In this document: piece after piece, positions 1 through 9,472 of the stretch | Layout of the letters: every line of letters starts with the position of its first letter | Position numbering within the stretch: the first letter of the stretch is position 1 | Assembly (NCBI GenBank): GCA_963664405.1 | Contig: OY761158.1 | Coordinates: forward strand, 4,288,001 to 4,352,000 | Direction: 5' to 3' | Source: Thermoanaerobaculia bacterium | Lineage (GTDB): Bacteria > Acidobacteriota > Thermoanaerobaculia > Multivoradales > Multivoraceae | Length of the DNA: 64,000 nucleotides | Program-made: the position numbers and the translations under genes | The notes under the pieces: generated by a model | Told to the model about the DNA's origin: nothing | Database searches by the model: none | What the model saw: the letters and a program-made list of their open reading frames with translations, nothing else

Positions 1-14
1 TAGGCGAGATCCAT
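1..14 (-). CDS. 5' end of a gene running off the window (MDLA...)
   Basis: ATG at 14 on minus strand with a GGAG RBS-like motif upstream; only 4 full codons visible. Confidence 0.3.
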
Positions 15-110
15 GGTGACTCCAGGGGTTGGTCTCGATGAAGGGCTGGATCCTACTACGGCTGCTGTCTTTCTTTTTGGTTCGCCCAACGACTACGATA
101 GGCAGCCACG

Positions 111-785
111 ATGGAAGCTCTAATCAGGGCGATACTCGAGGATGACCGTTCGAGGGCGAGGAAGTTACTCGAATCCGAGGCTGGGCTCGCCAACGGGATC
201 TTCGAGGATGCCATGCCGTGCCTGGAGTTTGGCCACTGGATCTATGCCGGAGACACGGCACTCCATCTCGCGGCCGCCGGCCATCGGACTGAGATCGTGG
301 CGCTGCTGCTGGAGGCCGGCGCCGACCCGAATGCGGAAGGAGCTCATCGCGACGCGAGGCCTCTCCACTACGCGTCGGATGGAAACCCCAATCTCGCCTC
401 CTGGAGCGCGAGGCGACAACTGAGGACGATCGAGCTCTTGATCGATTCCGCTGCAGAGCTTGGCGCGCGGGATAAGAACGGCGCCACCGCCCTTCACCGT
501 GCCGTTCGGACTCGATGCGCCTCGGCGGTGGGTTGTCTGCTCGACGCCGGGGCTGATCCCGAGATCAGAAACCGCCCGGGCGCGACCTCCTTTCATCTCG
601 CGGTTCGGAACACCGGTCGTGGCGGAACGGGCACCGAGACGGTGAAGGAGGCCCAGAGAGCGATCATCGACGCCTTTCTCTCGAGAGGGATCGAGCCCAC
701 TCTCGAAGACGCGCATGGCAGGTCGGTCCTCGACTGGGCTCAGAGTCCGTGGATCCGTGAAGCTCTTGCTGGGAGCTCCGGGTGA
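111..785 (+). CDS. Ankyrin repeat protein
   Basis: Repeated GDTALHLAA / GATALHRAV / GADP ankyrin motifs. Confidence 0.85.
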   Translation: MEALIRAILEDDRSRARKLLESEAGLANGIFEDAMPCLEFGHWIYAGDTALHLAAAGHRTEIVALLLEAGADPNAEGAHRDARPLHYASDGNPNLASWSARRQLRTIELLIDSAAELGARDKNGATALHRAVRTRCASAVGCLLDAGADPEIRNRPGATSFHLAVRNTGRGGTGTETVKEAQRAIIDAFLSRGIEPTLEDAHGRSVLDWAQSPWIREALAGSSG

Positions 786-1807
786 CGGAACGTGTGCTCG
801 AGATCGGTGGTCATGCCGCAGGCTTCTGCGGCAGGCTCTTCGTTCAATCAGGCGCAGATGTCGTACGCGTCGAGACCGCACCGGTGCCGAGTTACGTGAG
901 CGATGCCGCGATGGAGTTGTATCTGCATGCCGGCAAGCGGCGGGTTCGGACCGCCAATCAAGCCCTGATCGCGGATCTGGCCGCCAAGGCTGATGTCGTC
1001 GTTGCCGAGGCGGGTACGTCTGCTGCCCTCGACGACCTGGGGATCGACGATTGGGCAGCGCCGGTCAAGGCCGCCATAACCCCTTTCGGCCGGACCGGGC
1101 CCAAGCGCGATTGGCAGGCAACGTCAAACACCCTGCTCGCAATGGGCGGGTACACCTACATCATGGGTGATCCGGGGCGGGCGCCGCTCACTCTGCCCGG
1201 CCACTACCTGGAGTTCCAGAGCGGCGCCTTGGCCTACACCGCGGCCAATGCCGCTCGGCTCGCCGGCGAGCCGAGCTCGATCGACATCGCCATGCTCGAT
1301 ACCTTGATGGCGCTCTCTCAGTTCACTACCGTGCTGTGGCATTGCGCGGGCGAGATCCGTTCTCGCCATGGCAGCGACTACTGGTCGGTAGTGCCGACGA
1401 CCCAGTTCCGCTGCGTGGATGGTTGGGTCTATGTCAACATCCCGCCGCTTTTCTGGGAGGCTTTCGCGGCCTTTCTGGAGCAGCCCGAGTTGCTGGCAGA
1501 CGAGCGCTTCACGACCAATCCCCTTCGTATGGAGAACCGGGAGCCTCTCCACGAGATCGTCGCTGCCAAGTTGAGCTCCATGACCAAGGCCGAGATCGAA
1601 TCGAGAGCCGAGGAGTGCCGGATTCCAGCGGGTGTGGTCAAGACCATGGAGGAGGTGCTCGCCGATCCCCATCTCGCCGAGCGCGACTTCTGGCAGGAGG
1701 TCGAAGGGCCGCTGTGCACCGTGCGCTCGCCACGCCCAGCCTGGTTCTTCCACGGCGAATCCGGGCCCGCTCAGAAGCTCCACACCCCGGAGGTCATCGA
1801 TGGCTGA
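782..1807 (+). CDS. CoA-transferase family III (CaiB/BaiF) subunit
   Basis: GADVVRVE, ITPFGRTGP, FRCVDGWV, DPHLAERDFW motifs. Confidence 0.85.
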   Translation: MTERVLEIGGHAAGFCGRLFVQSGADVVRVETAPVPSYVSDAAMELYLHAGKRRVRTANQALIADLAAKADVVVAEAGTSAALDDLGIDDWAAPVKAAITPFGRTGPKRDWQATSNTLLAMGGYTYIMGDPGRAPLTLPGHYLEFQSGALAYTAANAARLAGEPSSIDIAMLDTLMALSQFTTVLWHCAGEIRSRHGSDYWSVVPTTQFRCVDGWVYVNIPPLFWEAFAAFLEQPELLADERFTTNPLRMENREPLHEIVAAKLSSMTKAEIESRAEECRIPAGVVKTMEEVLADPHLAERDFWQEVEGPLCTVRSPRPAWFFHGESGPAQKLHTPEVIDG

Positions 1808-3029
1808 AGGGCCGCTGGCGGGTATCCGGATTCTCGATCTCACCCATGTCTGGGCAGGCCCGCTGGCTACGCGGGTGCTGGCGGATCTGGGCGCGACGGT
1901 GGTGAAAGTCGAGTCGCCCCGCGGACGAGGAACGGGAGATCCGACCCAGCTCAATCCCATCGGTGGCTGGATCGGCGGAGAGATGCCTGCCGAGCCCTGG
2001 AACGCCAACGCCGTCTTCCTCAAGCTGCAGCGCAATAAGCAGAGCCTGGCGATCGATCTCAAGTCCGAGGCCGGCCGGGAGGTGTTTCTGCGGCTGGTCG
2101 GTCTCGCCGACGTGGTGATCGAGAATTTCAGTGCCCGAGCGATGCCGTCGCTGAGGCTCGGCTACGAGGAGCTGGCAGCGGCGAACCCCGAGATCATCTA
2201 TGTGACCATGCCGGGGTTCGGCACCTTCGGTGCCTATCATCAGCGCGTCGCCTTCGGTCCCATCGTCGAGGCTATGAGCGGTTTGACCCATGCGATGGGC
2301 TACGGACCCGACGAGCCTCGCAACTCGGCGATGGGGCTGGTCGACCCTACCTGCGCTACCAACGCGACAGCGGCGGTGGTGACCGCCTTGCGACGAAGGC
2401 AGGAGACAGGTGAGGGCGCGAAGGTCGAGCTGACGTTGCATGAGGCCGGCGTGTCCTACTGCGGCCCCTGGCTCATCGAAGAGCAGCTCCAGGGAGGGGT
2501 GGAGCGGGTTGGCAATCGACACCCTCAGATGGCGCCCCACGGGGTTTATCGGTGTGAGGGGGAAGATGAGTGGATCGCCCTGGCGTGCCGCGACGACGCC
2601 GACTGGCAGGCGCTTTGTGAGCTCATCGACCTCGATCCAGGGGCCAAAGCGGATCTTGCCGCTCGGAAGGCAAGAGAAGATGAGATCGAGGCGGCTATCG
2701 CCTCCTGGACCTGCGAGAGAAGCCGTGCGATGGCGGTGGCTGCCCTGCAAGATGCCGGCATTCCCGCCGGCCCCGTCAATACGACGCCTGATATGACAGC
2801 CGATCCACATGTGCGGGCTCGCGGTTTCTTCGTACCGCTGGAAGCCGGCGGCATCCCCGTGCCGGGGAACCCGATCAAGATGACAGGCATTTCCAGCTCG
2901 GATTGGACGCCCGCGCCCGTCATGGGCGCCCATAACCGCGCGGTGCTACGGGAGTGGTTGCTTCTCGGCGAGTCCGAGATCGAGGCCCTGGAAGAGGCTG
3001 GTGTTCTGGTCGATCGACCGCCGGAATAG
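1800..3029 (+). CDS. CoA-transferase family III (CaiB/BaiF) subunit
   Basis: PLAGIRILDLTHVWAGP, RNKQSLAIDLK, ADVVIENFS; ATG 1800 overlaps the upstream gene end. Confidence 0.9.
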   Translation: MAEGPLAGIRILDLTHVWAGPLATRVLADLGATVVKVESPRGRGTGDPTQLNPIGGWIGGEMPAEPWNANAVFLKLQRNKQSLAIDLKSEAGREVFLRLVGLADVVIENFSARAMPSLRLGYEELAAANPEIIYVTMPGFGTFGAYHQRVAFGPIVEAMSGLTHAMGYGPDEPRNSAMGLVDPTCATNATAAVVTALRRRQETGEGAKVELTLHEAGVSYCGPWLIEEQLQGGVERVGNRHPQMAPHGVYRCEGEDEWIALACRDDADWQALCELIDLDPGAKADLAARKAREDEIEAAIASWTCERSRAMAVAALQDAGIPAGPVNTTPDMTADPHVRARGFFVPLEAGGIPVPGNPIKMTGISSSDWTPAPVMGAHNRAVLREWLLLGESEIEALEEAGVLVDRPPE

Positions 3030-3031
3030 GC

Positions 3032-3814
3032 TCAGACCAGGCGCAGACGCATCCCGCAGAGGGTGACGAGATCGTCGCCGCTTCGGCAGCCGGCCGCCTC
3101 GGCATTGGCGAGGGCCCGGGCTCGGTCGGTGATATGGATGTCGAGCCCGCCGAGACCAACGGGACGGCCGTCGCGTAGGGGCACGAAGCGGAGCGTCGAA
3201 TCGGCGAGCGCCAGCGCTGGGTTGCCGTTATCGTCGACCGCCACCGCCTCGTCGAGAACCTCGCCCCACCGTGCGGCGAGCGTGGCAGGGTCCGGGGTCT
3301 GGATCTCGGCGGCGGCGATGCCGTTGACGATCTCGGTGTGCTTGCAGCGCTGCCAGTCGGCGCCGGCCGGCCACCACTCGCCGCCGAGGCGATCTTCGTC
3401 CTCGTTCCAGCGAATCTCGGCGATGGCGCCGGGGACGTCCTTGGGGTGGAGCTGCATTCCCATCCCGTGCTCGGCGCGCCCCGGTTCGGCGACCAGGCGG
3501 ATGCCGAGATCCGCGATTCGCTCTTGGTAGGAGGCGTAGGCCTGCTGGGGAACTTGCATGATGACCATGTAGCCGCCGTCGCCGCCGCGGCGCTTCAGGT
3601 AACGGCCGCCGGCGGTGTCGTGCTCGCCCGGCAGCGGCGATACGGTCTCGAGCAACTGGTCACCGAAGGGGATGAGGATGTTGCGGAGCCCATGGCGGCC
3701 CACGCCCGGGTCGCGGTAGCAGACCTCAACTCCGAAGACCGATTCGCACTGCTCTTGGATGCGGTCGAGGTCGTGGGCGACGAGGCAGATCTGGCGGATG
3801 CGGATGTGTGACAT
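3032..3814 (-). CDS. VOC/glyoxalase-like family protein
   Basis: RIRQICLVAHDL, GRYLKRRGGDGGYMVI, QLHPKD motifs. Confidence 0.75.
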   Translation of the reverse strand: MSHIRIRQICLVAHDLDRIQEQCESVFGVEVCYRDPGVGRHGLRNILIPFGDQLLETVSPLPGEHDTAGGRYLKRRGGDGGYMVIMQVPQQAYASYQERIADLGIRLVAEPGRAEHGMGMQLHPKDVPGAIAEIRWNEDEDRLGGEWWPAGADWQRCKHTEIVNGIAAAEIQTPDPATLAARWGEVLDEAVAVDDNGNPALALADSTLRFVPLRDGRPVGLGGLDIHITDRARALANAEAAGCRSGDDLVTLCGMRLRLV

Positions 3815-3973
3815 GAGGGAGTCTGCCTGACCAGTGTGACGAAACTAAATTGTCTCGGGTACGTGATAAGAATACAGAATTGTAGGTCTTCCTCCAAGAT
3901 GCTGCGTCCGCCCCTCGCGTCCAAGGCTAGCCCCTTCAAGGATTTAGGAGAGTCAGGGGTAGCCGCTCGTCGC

Positions 3974-3989
3974 TGGCATCGAGATTGCT
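3974..3989 (+). promoter_or_regulatory. sigma54 (-24/-12) promoter
   Basis: TGGCATC-GAGA-TTGCT with exact consensus spacing, in an intergenic region upstream of the SDR/ALS genes. Confidence 0.7.
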
Positions 3990-4065
3990 CTTTTCTAACC
4001 GCCAGAGAGGCTGCCGTTGCTGTGGAGCGAGGCCCCGACCGACGCGCCCCATTTAGGAGAAAGCA

Positions 4066-4389
4066 ATGACCACAAGCGCCACAGCTGCCTTCTTCGCAGA
4101 GGGAGCAGATCTCAGCTCAGTTCGCGATCCCTTCGACCTCAGCGGACGGGTCGCCGTCGTCACCGGCGGCGGTCGCGGGCTTGGAGAGGCGATGTCTCTC
4201 GGCTTGGCTTCTGCGGGCGCCAGCGTCGTCGTCAGCAGTCGGACCGAACCTCAGGTGGCGGCAGTCCGCGACCGAATCCGTGGTCGACCCGAAGAGCTCA
4301 CCGGCGCCGTAATTTTTCTCGCCAGTGATGCTTCGAGCTTTTTCACCGGCCCCGTGCTCAGAGTCGACGGTGGCTGGAACGCCTGGTAG
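4066..4389 (+). pseudogene. SDR oxidoreductase with large in-frame internal deletion
   Basis: TGGGRGLG N-terminus joined directly to C-terminal [15 protein letters not shown]...VDGG; NNAG and YxxxK missing. Confidence 0.75.
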
Positions 4390-4420
4390 GCGGTCGGCGC
4401 CGACTCAAGGGAGGACCATC

Positions 4421-6079
4421 ATGAATTGCAGCGAGCTACTGGTGCAGTGTCTCGAGAACGAAGGAGTGGAGTACATCTTCGGTGTGCCGGGAGAGGAAAA
4501 CCTCGATTTGATGGATGCCCTGTCGCGGAGCGAGCAGATCACCTTCATTACCACTCGCCACGAGCAGGGCGCCGCCTTCATGGCCAACGTCTATGGCCGA
4601 CTCTCGACCTTTCCCGGCGTCTGCCTCGCTACGCTCGGCCCGGGCGCCACGAATCTGGTGACGGGGATTGCCGACGCCTTTCTCGACCGAGCGCCGCTGG
4701 TTGCTATCACCGGCCAGGGACCTCTTGGCAGCGGCATCAAGGAGTCGCACCAGGTTCTCGATATCGGCCGCCTGCTCGAGCCGATAACGCGCTGGAACGC
4801 GACGATCGAGCAGCCGAAGCTCGTGCCGGAGGTGGTGCGCAAGGCATTCCGTCTGGCGCGCCTCGAGAAGCCGAGCGCGACCCACCTGGAGCTCCCGGAG
4901 GATGTAGCGGGGATGGACGTGGAGGCCTCGCCGATGAGGGTCCAACGGACGAGCTATCCCCAGGCTCTGCCGGAAGCTCTCGAGCTCGCACAGGACTTGA
5001 TCCGGGCCGCGGAGAGGCCTGTCATCCTTGCCGGCAATGGAATTGTGAGACGGCACGCCGCCGGCCGGCAGACCGCTCGCCGTCTACGCTCCATCGCCCA
5101 CAGATTGAATCTGCCGGTGGTGCCGACCTTCATGGCCAAGGGTGTCATCGACTATCGGGATGAGCTCGCCCAGCCGGCCGCAGGACTCCGCAGCAAGTCG
5201 GCCCCAGACGATGCGCTCGACCTAGCCGACGTCATCATCGCAGTGGGGTACGACCTGGTGGAGTGGGCGCCGAAGTCTTGGAATCGGAGCAACGACAAGA
5301 CCATCATCCACGTCGACAGCAACCCCGCCGAGATCGACGATCACTACATACCCGCAGTCGAAGTCGTGGGTGAGATCGGCACGAGCCTCGCCGTTCTGGA
5401 GGGAGCCGTCGAGCACGGACGCGAGCCGTGGCTCGACGGCTCCCATCGAGAGGCGGTTCTCGAGGTGTTGGAGAGCCATCGCAGCAACGACTCGTTCCCG
5501 CTGAAGCCCCAGCGTGTGGTGGCGGATCTCAGGACCGCCCTTGGCGATGACGACATCCTGATCTCCGACGTCGGAGCACACAAGCTCTGGTTGGCGACAC
5601 TCTTTCCCGCCGTAACCCCCAACAGCGTCATCATTGCCAATGGGCTGGCGTCGATGGGAATCGCCCTGCCCGGGGCTTTGGCGGCAAAGCTGGTGCATCC
5701 TGAGCGCCGTGTGGTGGCGGTCAGCGGCGATGGCGGATTCCTGATGAATTCCCAGGAGCTCGAGACCGCAAAGCGCGTCGGCACGCCCTTCGTCACGGTG
5801 GTCTGGAGAGACGATCGATACGGTGTGATCGCCCTCAATCAGGAACGACGATTCGGCAGCGCGTTCGCTACCGACTTCGGGAACCCCGACCTGGTCAAGT
5901 ACGCCGAGGCCTTTGGCCTGCCCGGTTTCCGCGTCGAGAGCGCCGCCGACTTGCTGCCGACTCTCCGTCGAGCTCTGGATTGTGATGTTCCGAGCCTGGT
6001 CGAGGTCCCGGTGGATCCCGCCAGCCACCACGAGCTCGGCCGGCTCGGCGCCCTCGCCGAGAGCAGCCCTTCGTTCTAG
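4421..6079 (+). CDS. Acetolactate synthase large subunit-like ThDP enzyme
   Basis: FGVPGEEN, RHEQGAAFMA, TLGPGATN, GDGGF; RBS GGAGG before ATG 4421. Confidence 0.9.
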   Translation: MNCSELLVQCLENEGVEYIFGVPGEENLDLMDALSRSEQITFITTRHEQGAAFMANVYGRLSTFPGVCLATLGPGATNLVTGIADAFLDRAPLVAITGQGPLGSGIKESHQVLDIGRLLEPITRWNATIEQPKLVPEVVRKAFRLARLEKPSATHLELPEDVAGMDVEASPMRVQRTSYPQALPEALELAQDLIRAAERPVILAGNGIVRRHAAGRQTARRLRSIAHRLNLPVVPTFMAKGVIDYRDELAQPAAGLRSKSAPDDALDLADVIIAVGYDLVEWAPKSWNRSNDKTIIHVDSNPAEIDDHYIPAVEVVGEIGTSLAVLEGAVEHGREPWLDGSHREAVLEVLESHRSNDSFPLKPQRVVADLRTALGDDDILISDVGAHKLWLATLFPAVTPNSVIIANGLASMGIALPGALAAKLVHPERRVVAVSGDGGFLMNSQELETAKRVGTPFVTVVWRDDRYGVIALNQERRFGSAFATDFGNPDLVKYAEAFGLPGFRVESAADLLPTLRRALDCDVPSLVEVPVDPASHHELGRLGALAESSPSF

Positions 6080-6197
6080 CGGTCGGAAGCGGGTCGCAGC
6101 GGACTCCTGGCCCGCAGGACAGGATCTTCCTCTTGTGAGCGAGAATAGAAGTACGATGGAGATCGTCAGCCTGGTCTCCCGAGCCCCCGAGCGGACG

Positions 6198-7642
6198 ATG
6201 AAGGCGTTTACCCACCTGCTTCCGTTCCTCCTTCTTACGGGGCTCGGAGCGACTCAGGCCGCCGAGAGGCCGCATATCGTCGTCTACCTCTCCGACGACC
6301 ACTCGCAGTTCGACTCCAGTCTCTACGGAGACGCGAGCATCCCGACGCCGAGCTTCGAGCAGCTGGCCGCCGACGGGATGACTTTCACCCACGCCTTCGT
6401 GGCCTCGCCCTCTTGCGCACCGAGCCGGGCCGCGATGTTGACTGGGATGATGCCTGCACGCAACGGGGCCGAGGGCAATCACACCTATCCACCGCAGGGG
6501 ACGCACTCTCTTGTAAGCGACCTCCAGGCACTCGGCTACGAAGTAGCTGCCTTCGGCAAAGTTGCGCATGGGCCGAGTGCGAAGCAGTACGGCTTCGATC
6601 ATATCGACAGGGGTACGGAGTACGCGCAGCTGCGCGCCAACGTGGCGAGCTTCCTCGAAGAGCGAGAGTCGGATCGGCCCCTCTGTCTCTTCGCCGGTAT
6701 TAGCAATCCGCACGTGCCGTGGCCGGAGAGCGATGCCTTCGATGCGGACGAGGTCACTCTCCCGCCGGTCCATCTCGACACTCCGGCGACGCGTGATCAC
6801 CGCGCCTGGTACAGCGCCGAGATCGCCCAGCTCGACCGCCTCCTCGGTGAGCTGCGCGAGATGGCGGCGAAGCATCTCGGTGACAACACGCTCTTCGTGC
6901 ATACCAGCGACCACGGCTCGCAGTGGGCCTTCGGCAAGTGGACGCTCTACGACTACGGGATCCGGGTGCCCTTCATCGCCGCCTGGCCGGGGGTGATCGA
7001 GGCCGGGTCGCGCTCGGACGCGATGGTGAGCTGGATCGACCTCGTGCCGACCCTGCTCGAGCTCTCCGGGGGCGAGGCTCCCACGGACCTCGATGGCCTC
7101 TCGTTCGCCGCGGTCCTGCGTGGAGAGAGCAAGGCACACAGAGATCGAATCTCACCACTCAGACGGGAGACAAGACGATGAATGTCTACCCGATCCGCTC
7201 GGTGCGGACCCGAGAGTGGAAGCTGATTCACAACCTCCGTCCCGAGCTGGCCTTCACCAACCACTCGGATCTCTTACGCAAGCCGGGGGCCGGAGCCTTC
7301 TGGGGCGAGTGGGTAGAACTGGCGAAGACCGACGCGCGGGCGAAGAGGATCGTCGATCGCTACTACCGGCGGCCGGAATTCGAGCTCTACCGAGTTGGAG
7401 AAGACAAGTGGGAAGAGAGCAACCTGGCGGAGGATCCGGAGCACGCCGCCTTAGTGTCGAGGCTGAAGGCGGAGCTTGCGGGATGGATGAAGGAGCAGGG
7501 CGACACGACGAGGCTGATCGACGAGCCGCGACCGCTGAACCGGCCCGAAACCTGGCACCCCGACTACTTCGTACAGCCCGCAGCCACTGCGGATGTGCCT
7601 TCGTGGACGGCGACCGCGCTAAGCAGGAGACAGGGCGGCTAA
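6198..7642 (+). CDS. Sulfatase (signal peptide), frameshifted near 7150
   Basis: SDDH, CAPSR, SDHG, GKWTLYD; C-terminal half continues in another frame (PIRSVRTREWKLI, PEFELY). Confidence 0.8.
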
Positions 7643-8529
7643 AACAGGGGGACTCCGGCGACCTTCAGCTGACAGCGATAGAGATGCTCTGAGGAGGTGA
7701 GATAAAAAGTCAGCAGATCGTCCCCGCCCCAGGTGAAGTTGGCGCAGAAGGCCGGGGTTCGGATGAGGCCGAGACAGGTGCCGGCGGACGGCTCATAGAC
7801 ATGGACACCGCCGGGACCGGCGCAGAAGACGTGGCCCGTCGAGGCCACTTTGAGACCGTCGGGCGCGCCCGCGCCTTCTCCGCTCGAGTTGGCGAAGACG
7901 TCGCCGCCGCTCAGTGATCCGTCGTCGGCGACCAGGAACTTGCGGATGTGCATTCTTGGCGTGTCGGCGACATAGAGCTCGCGATGATCGACCGTGAAGG
8001 CGAGCCCGTTCGGTTGCTCGAAATCGCTCGACAGGAGCGTCAGCTCGCCGCTCTGCGCGCCGATCTTGTAGACCCCCCGGAAATCGAGCTCGAGGTCGCG
8101 CTCGATTCCGGTCTTGGGACCGCGGCCGTAGGTCGGATCGGTGAAGAAGATGTCGCCGTTCTCTCGCACTACGATGTCGTTGGGACTGTTGAGCTCTTTA
8201 CCTTCGTAGTGGGAAGCGAGGATCGTTCGTGAGCCGTCGGGCTCTTCGCGAGTCACCCGCGAGGTTCCGTGCTCGCAGGAGAGAATCCTTCCTTGGCGAT
8301 CGTAGGTGTTGCCGTTGGTGAGCTCGCTCGGCTCTCGATGGAGAGATAGGCCCTCGACTTCGCTCCAGCGGTGCATCCGGTTGGACGGAATGTCGCTGAA
8401 GATGAGGTGCTTCTCACGAGGATGCCAGATCGGACCCTCGGTGAAGCGAAAGCCGTCGGCCAGAATCTCGAGCTCCAGGCTCTCATCGACGATGTTCAGA
8501 AAGCGAGGATCGCGGATCTCTATAGACAT
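7639..8529 (-). CDS. SMP-30/gluconolactonase family protein
   Basis: FTEGPIW, LNSPND, PNGLAF, PDGLKV. Confidence 0.9.
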   Translation of the reverse strand: MSIEIRDPRFLNIVDESLELEILADGFRFTEGPIWHPREKHLIFSDIPSNRMHRWSEVEGLSLHREPSELTNGNTYDRQGRILSCEHGTSRVTREEPDGSRTILASHYEGKELNSPNDIVVRENGDIFFTDPTYGRGPKTGIERDLELDFRGVYKIGAQSGELTLLSSDFEQPNGLAFTVDHRELYVADTPRMHIRKFLVADDGSLSGGDVFANSSGEGAGAPDGLKVASTGHVFCAGPGGVHVYEPSAGTCLGLIRTPAFCANFTWGGDDLLTFYLTSSEHLYRCQLKVAGVPLF

Positions 8530-8713
8530 GCAACCGATCCTATCTTGAGAGCGTGCAGTGCTCCGTGGCTAAGAGACGCTCGAGATAGGCCTGCAGGTTG
8601 GCGAAATCGTCGAGAAGCCTCTGTTCCCGAGCCCAGCTCACCGTATAGCCGGTCGATGATGTCGGTCACCGTGAAGCGCTCCACTTCTCAGAGCTTGCCG
8701 GAACGGAGATCCA

Positions 8714-9466
8714 TCACGGAATCCCGACCATCTCGGTTCGCGCCCTCAGGACGAGCATCTTCGTGGCGTCGACCCACTCTTCCATTCCATCGGGCTCGAT
8801 GACGCTTCGATACTTCCTCCAGCCGCTCTCGTCCGGAAAGTAGAGCTCCGCGATCCCGGCATAGGGCTCGATCTCGGGCTCGAGGCTGTGGCCGACGACG
8901 TAGCGGAATCCACCGACTTCCTCCATCACCGAGCGGACATTTGGAACATGAACGCGCAGCCAGTGGTCGTAGAAGGCGTCGTAGTCACAACGCTCCTTGG
9001 CGCCGACCAGAAAGCTCACTTTGAAGAAACCCGAGCGGGTGCAAGGGAAGGGCGGGTTGAGGGTCAGCGGCTCCACCGGCAGATGGCGAGAACCGTCGAG
9101 GATCACGTACTCCTTCGTTGCCCATGGCATGTACGGCTCCGCCTTCTGCTGGAAGGTGTCCGTGGGGGTGGTCCCCTGGGGCACCTCGGGTCTCGGGAGC
9201 GGTCTGTCGAACCACAGCTGCGCGACTCCGTCCCAGGGATGCGAGCCGTCCTTGTCGGCGTCGAAGAGGGTGGCGATGTAGCGGCGAGCGTGCGATTTTC
9301 CCTGCTCAGCGCGGTCGAGCTGATCGCGGATCACCGCCGCCATGTGATTGGCGAACCAGTGCATGATGAGCTCTTCTCGGGTGGTCGAAGGCCGGCACCG
9401 GATGAGATAGAGCATCCTGGCACCGGGGGTTGCTTCGGGAAGGGGAGGGGGTGTGGTCGTATCCAT
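8714..9466 (-). CDS. EthD-like tandem-domain protein
   Basis: Two repeats of HW..H ... WDGVAQLWF / YAGIAELYF. Confidence 0.7.
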   Translation of the reverse strand: MDTTTPPPLPEATPGARMLYLIRCRPSTTREELIMHWFANHMAAVIRDQLDRAEQGKSHARRYIATLFDADKDGSHPWDGVAQLWFDRPLPRPEVPQGTTPTDTFQQKAEPYMPWATKEYVILDGSRHLPVEPLTLNPPFPCTRSGFFKVSFLVGAKERCDYDAFYDHWLRVHVPNVRSVMEEVGGFRYVVGHSLEPEIEPYAGIAELYFPDESGWRKYRSVIEPDGMEEWVDATKMLVLRARTEMVGIP

Positions 9467-9472
9467 TTTGGG

